A stretch of DNA of 55,436 nucleotides from Burkholderiales bacterium (GTDB taxonomy: Bacteria; Pseudomonadota; Gammaproteobacteria; Burkholderiales; SG8-39): assembly GCA_035251235.1 (NCBI GenBank), contig DATFEJ010000018.1, positions 1-55,436 of the forward strand, written 5' to 3'. Below the pieces are notes generated by a model. The model was not told the DNA's origin. It ran no database searches and was given only the letters and a program-made list of their open reading frames with translations. The translations under genes and the position numbers were made by a program. Position 1 is the stretch's first letter, and every line of letters begins with the position of its first letter. Of this stretch, positions 38,522 to 47,758 are shown piece by piece.

Positions 38522-39607
38522 TCATTTGACGCGCTGATAGGTGCCGCCCGGAAGCGCCGCAACGCGTCCGTCGAGCTCGAGTTGCAGCAGGTCGGCGCTC
38601 ACGCGCTCGGGCGCGAGGCCGGTCAGGCTGCACAGGGAATCGACGTCCACGGGATCGAAGCCCATGAGTGCCAGTAGTCCATCGGCCGGTGGCTCCGTGC
38701 TACTTGCCTGCGTGCTGGCGAAGGCGGTGCGGCGGAACGCGGCGAGTTCGCCGAGAACATCCTCGGCCGACTCGACCAGCTTCGCGCCCTGCTTGATGAG
38801 CGCATGGCAGCCCTTGGACAGGGGCGAATGGATGGAACCCGGGATGGCGAACACCTCCCGTCCTTGCTCGGCTGCGGCGCGCGCCGTAATGAGGGATCCG
38901 GAGGCCATTGCCGCCTCGACCACCAGGCATCCCTGGGCCAATCCGCTGATCAGGCGGTTACGGCGCGGAAAATGATGTGCGGCGGCGGGCGTGCCGAGCC
39001 CGAATTCCGAAAGCAGGAGTCCGTCCCGCGCGATGCGCGCCGCGAGTTCCGCGTTCTGGCGCGGGTAGACCACGTCCGCCCCGGTGCCCAGTACCGCGAC
39101 CGTGGAGCCTTCCGCCTGCAGGGCGCCGCGGTGCGCGGCGGCATCGACGCCGAGCGCAAGCCCGGAAACGATCGTCAGCCCTGCGCTGCTGAACGCATGC
39201 GCAAACTGTTCCGCATTGCGCATTCCCTGTGCGGTCGCGTTTCGGCTGCCCACCACGGCGAGCGACGGCCTGCCGAGCAGCTCGAGCCGGCCGGCGGCAT
39301 ACAGCAGCACCGGCGGATCCGGAATCTCCAGCAGGAGCCTTGGATACTCGGCGTCGGCCAGGGTGACGATGGCATGACCCGGCTGTTCGACCCAGCGCAG
39401 CGCCCGCTCGACCGCGGGTGCCGTCGCCTCGGTACGCAAGAGCGCCGATGCCGAGGGGCCGACGAATCGCTCGAGCTGCGCCCGGGACGCGGACAGGATG
39501 CTGTCGGGCATGCCGAACTGCCCGAGCAGTGATCGAATTGCAGCGGTGCCGAGGCCCGGCGTGTGAGTCAGGTGAAGCCAGCTGGCCAGCCCCCGGTCGT
39601 CTGTCAT
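38522..39607 (-). CDS. dprA: DNA-processing protein DprA (Smf)
   Basis: Track ORF 38522..39607(-). Reads LAVVGSRNATAQG, IVSGLALGVDAAAHRGAL, and FPRRNRLISGLAQGCLVVEAAMASGSLITA. Confidence 0.93.
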   Translation of the reverse strand: MTDDRGLASWLHLTHTPGLGTAAIRSLLGQFGMPDSILSASRAQLERFVGPSASALLRTEATAPAVERALRWVEQPGHAIVTLADAEYPRLLLEIPDPPVLLYAAGRLELLGRPSLAVVGSRNATAQGMRNAEQFAHAFSSAGLTIVSGLALGVDAAAHRGALQAEGSTVAVLGTGADVVYPRQNAELAARIARDGLLLSEFGLGTPAAAHHFPRRNRLISGLAQGCLVVEAAMASGSLITARAAAEQGREVFAIPGSIHSPLSKGCHALIKQGAKLVESAEDVLGELAAFRRTAFASTQASSTEPPADGLLALMGFDPVDVDSLCSLTGLAPERVSADLLQLELDGRVAALPGGTYQRVK

Positions 39608-39655
39608 CCCGGCGGCAGTGTAACGGGAAGTCCCCGGCCATCGCCGGGCCGCCGG

Positions 39656-40822
39656 TCAGGGCGTCTGGATGACATCCAGCGGATTGACCGGCTTGGAGAT
39701 CCGCATGACCAGCGCGTACGAAACCCTGTCGTAGATCCGGAACACGAAGGCCAGGCCGTAGCGCTCGTCGGGAACCTTGAACATCGCCGGTTTCCCGCCC
39801 ACGCTCTGCGAAGCATCGGCAATCAGCGGGCCGGGACGATACAGCGCAAACACGTGGCCGACCTCCACCCCGTCGGCACGCCCGCGATTGAGCGTGATGA
39901 TCTGCTGCGGACCGGCTTCGCCGACCTTGCCGAGGCCACCGTAGATGCCGATCACGCGACCCTGCATGAAGACGGCTGGCGCGTGCGGCGCGTACTTGGG
40001 AACCTCCGGAACGCCGGCCGGCAGCAGCTTGTCGCCCCTGCCGACCTCTTGCGTGACGGTGGTGAGCCTCACGGTCGCGGGTTCGCCGCCGCGCGTCACG
40101 CGCGCGGTGCCGAGATAGATGGCCTCGTAGCCGAGCGTGACGTTCGTATCCGGGTCGACGAGCGCTTTACCGCGACGGTAGATGTACCAATTCTCCGCCT
40201 TGGATTCCCCGATGCCGCGGACGTAGGCCTGGTTGCCGGCCTCGATGATGACGCGGTTGTCTTCGGTGGCGATGATGGTGGGCGCGTTGTCCAGACCGTC
40301 GGGTTCGATGACCAGCGGACGCGACAGGAAGGGCTCAATCGCCCCGGGCGGGATGCTCGGAATGGCATCGCGCGCCGTAGACTCCGCGCGCACCCGCGGA
40401 GAGAGCCTGACGGTGCCGACGACGCCGCCGTCGCCGAGCCCGGGGCGCGTGCCTGGCGCGGCAGCGCCCGAGTCCGCTGGCGCTGCCCCGGTCCCGTCGG
40501 CCGGCGGCTTGCGGTCCGCGCCGGCAATGAACAGCCGACCGCTCGCTCGGTCAAGCACGATGACGTCCCCGGGGAAGATCCAGTGGGGATTGCGAATCTG
40601 CTCGCGGTTGAAGTTCCAGATCTCGGGCCAGCGCCACGGAGAGTCCGTGAAGCGCTCGGAGATGCCCCACAACGTGTCGCCACGCACGACGACATGGCGG
40701 TCCGGAGCGTCCGCCTTGAACGCGATCGGCGTCTGGGGAATCTGCGCAAGCGCCGCGGCAAAGACCAGGCCAGACAGGGCAAAAGCGAGCGCTGTGATAG
40801 ACTTACGCAATTGGTCGTGCAT
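39656..40822 (-). CDS. LysM peptidoglycan-binding domain protein (secreted)
   Basis: In frame with track ORF 39656..40891(-). The ATG at 40822-40820 gives MHDQLRKSITALAFALSGLVFAAALAQ (signal peptide), followed by LysM HVVVRGDTLWGISERFTDSPWRWPEIWNFNREQIRNPHWIFPGDVIVL. Confidence 0.85.
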   Translation of the reverse strand: MHDQLRKSITALAFALSGLVFAAALAQIPQTPIAFKADAPDRHVVVRGDTLWGISERFTDSPWRWPEIWNFNREQIRNPHWIFPGDVIVLDRASGRLFIAGADRKPPADGTGAAPADSGAAAPGTRPGLGDGGVVGTVRLSPRVRAESTARDAIPSIPPGAIEPFLSRPLVIEPDGLDNAPTIIATEDNRVIIEAGNQAYVRGIGESKAENWYIYRRGKALVDPDTNVTLGYEAIYLGTARVTRGGEPATVRLTTVTQEVGRGDKLLPAGVPEVPKYAPHAPAVFMQGRVIGIYGGLGKVGEAGPQQIITLNRGRADGVEVGHVFALYRPGPLIADASQSVGGKPAMFKVPDERYGLAFVFRIYDRVSYALVMRISKPVNPLDVIQTP

Positions 40823-40967
40823 GGTGCCCCCGAACCTTATCCGTGTTCCCGGGCTGGCTTGAAAAGCCCCTTTGCCATCCAAATGTAGCACAAACAGTCA
40901 ACTGTTTAACCGGCGCATGAGATTTTGCATCTAATTTGTTCAATTTGCAACACTATTTGCCCTCAAG

Positions 40968-41471
40968 ATGGCCCTTCTGAGCATTCTGCGCTACCCCGAC
41001 GCGAGACTCCATAAGGTCGCGGCACCCGTCACCGTCTTCGACGAGAATCTGAAGAAGCTGGTGCGCGACATGGCCGAAACGATGTACGCGGCGCCCGGGG
41101 TCGGCCTCGCCGCCACGCAGGTGGACGTCGCCAAGCAGGTCATCGTCATCGACGTCTCGGATCGCCAGGATTCGCTCGTCGTGCTGGTCAACCCGGAGAT
41201 CGTCGAAGCCTCCGGCGTCTCGGACATCGAAGAGGGCTGCCTGTCCGTGCCGGGCGTTTACGACGTCGTCGAGCGCGCCGAGCGTGTCAAGGTGCGCGCC
41301 TACGATCAGCACGGCCATCCGTTCACGCTCGAAGCCCAGGGCCTGCTCTCGGTGTGCATCCAGCACGAAATGGATCACCTCAAGGGCAAGGTGTTCGTCG
41401 AATACCTCTCGCAGCTCAAGCAGCAGCGCGTGCGCGCCAAGCTCGCCAAGCAGCTGCGCCGGACCGCCTAG
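40968..41471 (+). CDS. def: Peptide deformylase
   Basis: Track ORF 40968..41471(+). Motifs [16 protein letters not shown] and HEMDHL. Confidence 0.97.
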   Translation: MALLSILRYPDARLHKVAAPVTVFDENLKKLVRDMAETMYAAPGVGLAATQVDVAKQVIVIDVSDRQDSLVVLVNPEIVEASGVSDIEEGCLSVPGVYDVVERAERVKVRAYDQHGHPFTLEAQGLLSVCIQHEMDHLKGKVFVEYLSQLKQQRVRAKLAKQLRRTA

Positions 41472-41500
41472 GCGTCCCTGCCCGGGCGCGCGCTCAATTC

Positions 41501-42424
41501 CTGCGCCTCGTCTTCGCCGGCACGCCTGAGTTCGCCGAGCGCGCGCTCGCGGCGCTGCTCGACGCGGGCCACGAAGTCGCCCTCGTCCTGACGCAACCCG
41601 ACCGGCCCGCCGGGCGCGGATTGCGCCCGGCGCCAAGCGCCGTCAAACGTCTGGCCGTGGCGCGCGGCCTGCCAGTCTTGCAGCCGGCATCGCTCAAGGA
41701 AGAGGCGGCGCGCGTGCGAATCGCCGCAGCCCAGGCGGACCTGCTCGTGGTCGCGGCCTACGGACTGATCCTGCCGCAGGCGCTGCTCGATGCGGCGCGC
41801 CATGGCGCGCTCAACATTCATGCGTCGCTGCTGCCGCGCTGGCGCGGCGCGGCGCCGATCCAGCGCGCCCTGCTCGCCGGCGACGCGCAAACCGGGGTGA
41901 CGATCATGCGCATGGACGCCGGGCTCGATACCGGACCGATGCTCGCGCAGCAAAGGCTCGCCATCGAGGACGAGGACGACGCCGGAACGCTGCACGACAA
42001 GCTGGCGGCGCTCGGCGCGCGCATGATCGTGGACGCGATTGTCGAGATCGGAGCGGGCCGGGCGCACGAGTTACCCCAGCCGCCAGACGGGATCAGTTAT
42101 GCCCGCAAGCTCGATCGGCACGACGCGCTGATCGACTGGCGCCATTCCGCGACAGACATCGCACGCCAGGTGCGCGCCTTGCGTCCGAGTCCGGGTGCGG
42201 CGACGCAGTGGCGCGGGCAGGTGCTCAAGGTCTGGCGGGCGTCGCCCGCGGCCGGCGCGGGCGTTCCCGGGAAGATCCTCGAGGCCGGCGACGGTGGCGT
42301 CGTGGTCGCCTGCGGCAGCGGCGCCCTGCGCGTCTCGGAGTTGCAGCGCGCCGGCGGCAAGCGATTGCCCGCGGGAGAATTTCTGCGTGGCTGTGCGCTC
42401 GTGGCGGGCGAGCCGCTGGAATGA
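41501..42424 (+). CDS. fmt: Methionyl-tRNA formyltransferase (apparent CTG start)
   Basis: In frame with track ORF 41354..42424(+). The conserved N-terminus (L)[15 protein letters not shown] begins at CTG 41501. The only canonical in-frame start, ATG 41354, would add 49 codons with A/T-rich third positions lying inside def. Contains the [17 protein letters not shown] motif. Confidence 0.85.
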   Translation: MRLVFAGTPEFAERALAALLDAGHEVALVLTQPDRPAGRGLRPAPSAVKRLAVARGLPVLQPASLKEEAARVRIAAAQADLLVVAAYGLILPQALLDAARHGALNIHASLLPRWRGAAPIQRALLAGDAQTGVTIMRMDAGLDTGPMLAQQRLAIEDEDDAGTLHDKLAALGARMIVDAIVEIGAGRAHELPQPPDGISYARKLDRHDALIDWRHSATDIARQVRALRPSPGAATQWRGQVLKVWRASPAAGAGVPGKILEAGDGGVVVACGSGALRVSELQRAGGKRLPAGEFLRGCALVAGEPLE

Positions 42425-43680
42425 AAGCCTCGGCCAATCTCGCGCTGGCGCTCGCGGGGGCCGCGCGCGCGGTCGCGGGGGTCGCCGAGGGGCGCAGCCT
42501 GAACGAAACCGGCTTCGCGGGTCCGGGTCGCGAGGCGCAGACCGATCTTTGCTTTGGCACGCTGCGGCGCTACGGTCGCGTGCAAACCATCACGGACGCG
42601 CTGTCGCACAGAGGCCGCGCCGCGCCGCGCGTGCAGGCGCTGCTGTGGTGCGCCCTCTACGCGCTCGAGAGCGGCCGCTATGCGGACTACACGGTGGTGG
42701 ACCAGGCGGTGCGCGCCTGCGGCTTGCTGGAGCAGCCCGCCGCCCGGGGATTCGTGAACGGCATCCTGCGTGGTTACCTGCGCGAGCGCCAGGCGCTCGA
42801 GCGACGGGTGGCCGCCGATCAGGAAGCGCGCCTTCAGCACCCGCGCTGGTGGATCGACGCCGTGCGTCGCGATCATCCGCTGCGCTGGGAGGCGGTGCTG
42901 GCGGCCGGCAACCAGCGGCCGCCACTGTGCCTGCGCGTCAATCCCCGCCGCGCGCAGCCTGATGACTACCTGGACCGTCTGGCGGCGGCCGGCCTGCGAG
43001 GCCGCCGCATCGGCGCCAGCGGGATTCTTCTGGACGCGCCCGTTCCCGCTGCGAGGCTTCCCGGCTTTGGCGAGGGACTCGTGTCGATCCAGGACTTCGG
43101 CGCGCAGCAATGCGCCCCGCTGCTCGACCTTGCGGCCGGGCAGCGGGTGCTGGACGCGTGCGCGGCGCCAGGCGGAAAGAGCGCGCACATCCTGGAGCTC
43201 GCCGATGTGCACCTCACGGCGCTGGACATCGACCCGCGACGGGCGGCGCGCATTGCGCCGGGGCTCGAGCGGCTCGGGCTGTCCGCGACCGTGCGAGCGG
43301 CCGATTGCAGCGCGCTCGACACCTGGTGGGACGGAAAACCGTACGATCGCGTGCTTGCCGATGTGCCTTGCTCCGGTTCCGGCGTGGTGCGGCGACATCC
43401 CGATATCAAGTGGCTGCGCCGGGCGGCCGACGTGCCCGCCTTCGCGCTGCGCCAGACCGCGATCCTGGATGGCCTGTGGCGGGTCCTCGCGCCGGGTGGT
43501 AAGTTGCTGTACGTGACCTGCTCGGTCTTTCGCGAAGAGAATGCGGCCGTCCTGGAGGCGTTTTGCGACCGCACCACGCAGGCCCGGCGCTGCGAGCTGC
43601 CGGAGGGCGCCGCGCCCAGCTGGCTGCCGTGCGCGGAGCACGATGGGTTCTATTTCGCCCTGTTGACGAAGGGCGCCTGA
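42421..43680 (+). CDS. rsmB: 16S rRNA (cytosine967-C5)-methyltransferase RsmB
   Basis: In frame with track ORF 42208..43680(+). The ATG at 42421 overlaps the fmt stop (ATGA). Motifs [28 protein letters not shown] and LLYVTCSV. Confidence 0.92.
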   Translation: MKASANLALALAGAARAVAGVAEGRSLNETGFAGPGREAQTDLCFGTLRRYGRVQTITDALSHRGRAAPRVQALLWCALYALESGRYADYTVVDQAVRACGLLEQPAARGFVNGILRGYLRERQALERRVAADQEARLQHPRWWIDAVRRDHPLRWEAVLAAGNQRPPLCLRVNPRRAQPDDYLDRLAAAGLRGRRIGASGILLDAPVPAARLPGFGEGLVSIQDFGAQQCAPLLDLAAGQRVLDACAAPGGKSAHILELADVHLTALDIDPRRAARIAPGLERLGLSATVRAADCSALDTWWDGKPYDRVLADVPCSGSGVVRRHPDIKWLRRAADVPAFALRQTAILDGLWRVLAPGGKLLYVTCSVFREENAAVLEAFCDRTTQARRCELPEGAAPSWLPCAEHDGFYFALLTKGA

Positions 43681-43691
43681 CGCGGCGCGCG

Positions 43692-44315
43692 ATGCAAGTT
43701 CGCCTGGCCTGCACGATGCTGTTGATCGTCCTGGCGTGCGCCTCCCCCGCGCGCGCGGACGAGATCGACATCGTCGACGTGAGGCTGGCGTCGACCGAGG
43801 AGGGCCTGATCCTCAGCGCGGATTTCGCCTTCGACTTCAGCCCGCCGCTGCAGGAAGCGGTGGCGAACGGCGTGCCCCTGCACTTTCTGGTCGAGTTCGA
43901 GCTGACGCGTCCGCGCTGGTACTGGTTCGACGAGGTCACGACGTCGCGACGTACGCAATGGCGGCTGTCCTACCACGCGCTCAGCCGGCAGTATCGGCTG
44001 AGCACCGGCGCGTTGCACCAGAACTTCGCGCATCTGGAGGACGCGCTGGACGTCATGCGGCGCCTGCGCAACTGGCAGGTGCTCGAGCGCTCCGTGCGGC
44101 TGTCGGGATCGAGCTACGAGGCGGCCGTGCGCATGCGGCTGGACACGGCGCAGTTGCCGCGGCCGCTGCAGGTGAGCGCGCTCACCAATCGCGAGCTGCG
44201 GCTCGAATCCGCATGGAAGACCATCATCTTCCAGCCATCGGCCGCGGCTTTGCCTGCGAATGCGGCCGCGCCGTCGGCAGGAATCCGTGACGCACAAGAG
44301 AGCGCCGCGCGATGA
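43692..44315 (+). CDS. DUF4390-like secreted protein
   Basis: In frame with track ORF 43563..44315(+). ATG 43692 gives MQVRLACTMLLIVLACASPARA (signal peptide), then DEIDIVDVRLASTEEGLILSADFAFDFSPPLQEAV...RPRWYWFDE. The position between rsmB and an NtrY-like kinase is a recurrent beta-proteobacterial synteny. Confidence 0.7.
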   Translation: MQVRLACTMLLIVLACASPARADEIDIVDVRLASTEEGLILSADFAFDFSPPLQEAVANGVPLHFLVEFELTRPRWYWFDEVTTSRRTQWRLSYHALSRQYRLSTGALHQNFAHLEDALDVMRRLRNWQVLERSVRLSGSSYEAAVRMRLDTAQLPRPLQVSALTNRELRLESAWKTIIFQPSAAALPANAAAPSAGIRDAQESAAR

Positions 44316-46438
44316 GAGTGCTCCTCATCGTCGGCGCCGCGCTTGCAGGCGTGCTGCTGTTCCTGCTGGCGACGGCGAGCGCGGCCGATACCACGCTGCT
44401 GGCGCGGCACTTTCCGCTGCTTCTCGGCCTGAACGCCGCCCTCGCGGGCGCGCTCGCGGCCCTGCTCGGCTATCAGGTGGCGGGAATCCTGCGGCGCTAC
44501 CGGGCGCGCGCCTTCGGCTCGCGGCTGACGCTGCGCTTCCTGCTGCTGTTCGCGCTCCTGGCCGTGGCGCCGGGCGTGCTGGTCTACACGGTATCGGTGC
44601 AGTTCCTCACGCGCAGCATCGAGTCCTGGTTCGACGTCAAGGTGGACGCGGCGCTCGAAGGCGGCATCAATCTCGGACAATCGGTGATCGATCGCATGAT
44701 GGTCGAGATGCAGACCAAGGCGCGCGCCCTCGCGCTCGAGCTGGCCGACCGTTCGCCGACGCAACAGGTGTCGATGCTCAACCGGTTGCGCGAGCAGGCT
44801 GGCGTGCAGGAAGTCGTGCTGCTGGGCGCGGGCGGGGCGATCCTGGCGAGCGCCACCGAGGACGTGACCCGCTTCGTCCCGGAGCTGCCGACCGCGAGCA
44901 TGCTGCGGCAGGCGCGCTCGGCGCAGGGCTACAGCTCGATCGACGCGCTGGACGGCAGGCCGCTCGCCTTGCGCGTGGTCGTGCCGGTGACCGGCCTGGC
45001 GATCGCCGACGAGGCGCGCTTTCTGCAGTTGCGCCAATCGGTGCCGTCGGGTCTGGCGCGCAGCGCGCAGGCGGTGGAAGAAGCGTACCGGGACTACCGG
45101 GAGCTCGCCGTGTCGCGCCAGGGCCTGCGGCGCATCTACATCGTGACGCTGACCCTGGCGCTGCTGATGGCGCTGTTCGTCGCCGTATCGCTTGCGGCGA
45201 TCCTGTCCGCGCGCCTGTCCGCGCCGCTCGCCAATCTAGCGCAGGCCACGCAGGCGGTGGCGCGCGGCGATTTCTCGCAGCGTCCCCCCGTGACCAGCCG
45301 GGACGAGCTGGGCGTGCTGACCGAGTCCTTCAATTCCATGACGCGTCAGCTGGACGAAGCGCGCAAGGTGGTGGAGTCCAACCGTGTCGCGCTGGAGACG
45401 GCCAAGTCGTCGCTGGAGAACATCCTCGCCAACCTGTCGGCGGGCGTGCTGGTGTTCGATCGCGAGTTGCGGCTGACCATTTCCAACCGTGGCGCGGCGC
45501 AGATCCTGACCGGCGAGCTGGGCGCGCTCCTGGGACGGCCGCTGGACGCCTGGGGCGGGCCGCTCGATTCCTTCGCCGCTTCCGTGCGCGAGCAGTTCCT
45601 GCAGCACCGCGAGCGCACCTGGCAACTGGAGCTCACGCTGAAAGGCACGGGCAAGACGCTGCTGGCGCGCGGCGCGGCGCTGCCCGGCGCGACGGGCGGC
45701 GGCCACGTGCTGGTGTTCGACGACATCACCCAGCTCATCCAGGCGCAGCGCGCCACGGCGTGGGCCGAGGTCGCGCGGCGCCTGGCGCACGAGATCAAGA
45801 ATCCCCTCACGCCGATCCAGCTCTCGGCCGAGAGGCTGGAGATGAAGCTCGGCGACCGGCTCGCGGCCGAGGACGCCGACATCCTCAGGCGCGCCACGCA
45901 GACCATCGTCAACCAGGTGACGGCGCTCAAATCCATGGTCGATGACTTCAGCGACTATGCGCGCCTGCCCGCGCCGGTGCTGACGGGCCTCGACCTGAAT
46001 GCGCTGATCGCCGACGTGCTGACCCTGTATGAAACGTCGCGGGTGCCGATTACCCGGCGCCTCGCGCCATCGCTGCCGCCGGTATGGGCCGATGGCGCGC
46101 AGATACGCCAGGTGATCCATAACCTGGTGCAAAACGCCCAGGATGCGCTCGATCACCGCAAGGAAGCGGGCCGCCAGCCCACCGTCGAGGTGTGCACGGA
46201 GCTGGTCGGCGACAAGGTGCGGCTGTCGGTCTCGGACAACGGCGACGGTTTCCCAGAGGAGCTGATGGCGCGCATCTTCGAGCCTTACGTGACCACCAAG
46301 CCGCGCGGCACGGGCCTGGGGCTGGCGATCGTCAAGAAGATCGTCGACGAGCACCATGGCTCGATCGCCATCGAGAACCTGCCGCAGCGCGGCGCCTCCG
46401 TGAGCGTGCTGCTGCCGCAGACCGCGCAGGCAGCCTGA
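44312..46438 (+). CDS. NtrY-like sensor histidine kinase (TM-HAMP-PAS-HisKA-HATPase)
   Basis: Track ORF 44312..46438(+). The ATG overlaps the DUF4390 stop (ATGA). N-terminal TM helices, HAMP (LANLAQATQAVARGDFSQRPPVTSRDELGVLTESFNSM), H-box AHEIKNPLTPIQLSAERL, and G-boxes DNGDGF and GTGLGLAIVKKIV. Confidence 0.9.
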   Translation: MRVLLIVGAALAGVLLFLLATASAADTTLLARHFPLLLGLNAALAGALAALLGYQVAGILRRYRARAFGSRLTLRFLLLFALLAVAPGVLVYTVSVQFLTRSIESWFDVKVDAALEGGINLGQSVIDRMMVEMQTKARALALELADRSPTQQVSMLNRLREQAGVQEVVLLGAGGAILASATEDVTRFVPELPTASMLRQARSAQGYSSIDALDGRPLALRVVVPVTGLAIADEARFLQLRQSVPSGLARSAQAVEEAYRDYRELAVSRQGLRRIYIVTLTLALLMALFVAVSLAAILSARLSAPLANLAQATQAVARGDFSQRPPVTSRDELGVLTESFNSMTRQLDEARKVVESNRVALETAKSSLENILANLSAGVLVFDRELRLTISNRGAAQILTGELGALLGRPLDAWGGPLDSFAASVREQFLQHRERTWQLELTLKGTGKTLLARGAALPGATGGGHVLVFDDITQLIQAQRATAWAEVARRLAHEIKNPLTPIQLSAERLEMKLGDRLAAEDADILRRATQTIVNQVTALKSMVDDFSDYARLPAPVLTGLDLNALIADVLTLYETSRVPITRRLAPSLPPVWADGAQIRQVIHNLVQNAQDALDHRKEAGRQPTVEVCTELVGDKVRLSVSDNGDGFPEELMARIFEPYVTTKPRGTGLGLAIVKKIVDEHHGSIAIENLPQRGASVSVLLPQTAQAA

Positions 46439-46445
46439 GCGGGCC

Positions 46446-47693
46446 ATGGCGCAGATTCTGGTTGTCGACGACGAGATCGGCATTCGCGAGCTGCTGTCGG
46501 AGATCCTTGCCGACGAGGGTCACGACGTGCTGCTCGCCGACAGCGCCGGCGCGGCGCGCCGGCAGCGCGAGGCCAAGCGGCCCGATCTGGTGCTGCTCGA
46601 CATCTGGATGCCGGACGCCGACGGCATTACGCTGCTCAAGGAGTGGGCGAGCAACGGCCAGCTGACCATGCCGGTGGTCATGATGTCCGGGCACGGCACG
46701 ATCGAGACGGCCGTCGAGGCAACGCGCATCGGGGCGCTCGACTATCTGGAAAAGCCGATCGCGCTGCAGCGGTTGCTGAGCACCGTCAAGCGTGCACTGC
46801 GCCTGTACGACCTGGCCGCCCCCCGCCAGCTGTCGCTGGCGGCGCTCGGACGCTCGCCTTCGCTGGTCGAGCTGCGCAAGCGCCTGCAGCAGCTCGCGCA
46901 GGCGTCGGCGCCGCTGATGATGCGCGGAGAGCAGGGCATGCTGCCGGAGATCTTTGCGCGCCAGCTGGCGGCGCCCGGGGCGCCTTTTCTCGCCGACGCG
47001 GAGTTCCTGGTGGACGCTCCGAGCGAGGTCCTGCTGCGTGCCGGCGGCGGGATACTGTTCGTGGCCGATCTTGCGCGACTGCAGCGCGCGGAGCAGAAGA
47101 ACCTGGAATTCCTGCAGTCGCGTGCCGATCGCCACCGCGTGCGCATCGTCTCCTTTTCGCCCGTGGACGCGAAAACGCTCGTCGAGCGCCACCAGTACGA
47201 CGGCGCGCTGCTGGCAAGGCTCGGCGAGCTGACGCTGCGCCTTCCGGCGCTGCGCGAGTTCGCCGAGGACATTCCGGACCTCGCTTCGCAGATGCTGGCG
47301 CAGCTCGTGGAGGCGCGCGCCTGCCCGCCGAGACGCTTCTCGGTGGGCGCGCTGAACGCCCTGCGGCACCACCGCTGGCCGGGCAACCTCGCCGAGCTCG
47401 AGCACGCGGTGAAGAATCTGGCGCTGAGCGCGCTCGACGAAGAAGTGACCCTGGAGGACGTCGAGCGCGTGCTGGCCGCGCAGGGGCAGGAGGCGAGCGC
47501 GCCCGCGTTGCCCCTGGACCGGCCCTATCGCGAGGCGCGCGAGGCCTTCGAGCGCGTGTACTTCGAGAATCTGCTCTCCGCGGAGAGCGGCAGCATGTCG
47601 CGCGTCGCGGAGCGCAGCGGGCTGGAGCGCACGCATCTGTACCGCAAGCTCAAGGCGCTGGGCCTGCCGGTCGGGCGGCGGGACGAGGGCTGA
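46446..47693 (+). CDS. NtrX-like response regulator (receiver + degenerate AAA+ + Fis-type HTH)
   Basis: Track ORF 46446..47693(+). Receiver ILVVDDE...LVLLDIWMPDADG. Central domain alignable to sigma-54 activators, but with GEQGMLPE in place of Walker A and LFVADL in place of Walker B. WPGNLAELEH motif. C-terminal HTH SMSRVAERSGLERTHLYRKLKALG. Confidence 0.88.
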   Translation: MAQILVVDDEIGIRELLSEILADEGHDVLLADSAGAARRQREAKRPDLVLLDIWMPDADGITLLKEWASNGQLTMPVVMMSGHGTIETAVEATRIGALDYLEKPIALQRLLSTVKRALRLYDLAAPRQLSLAALGRSPSLVELRKRLQQLAQASAPLMMRGEQGMLPEIFARQLAAPGAPFLADAEFLVDAPSEVLLRAGGGILFVADLARLQRAEQKNLEFLQSRADRHRVRIVSFSPVDAKTLVERHQYDGALLARLGELTLRLPALREFAEDIPDLASQMLAQLVEARACPPRRFSVGALNALRHHRWPGNLAELEHAVKNLALSALDEEVTLEDVERVLAAQGQEASAPALPLDRPYREAREAFERVYFENLLSAESGSMSRVAERSGLERTHLYRKLKALGLPVGRRDEG

Positions 47694-47758
47694 GCGCGGC
47701 CTGGCTGCGCGGCAAAACGGTCTACAATGCCGCGCTTCCCACGAAGGCGGCTCGATCG

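Noticed and set aside
40892-40907. LexA/SOS box upstream of def / LysM-dprA
   Set aside because: The half-sites are ACAG...CTGT with a 2-nt gap, not CTGT-N8-ACAG, so this is not a proteobacterial LexA box.
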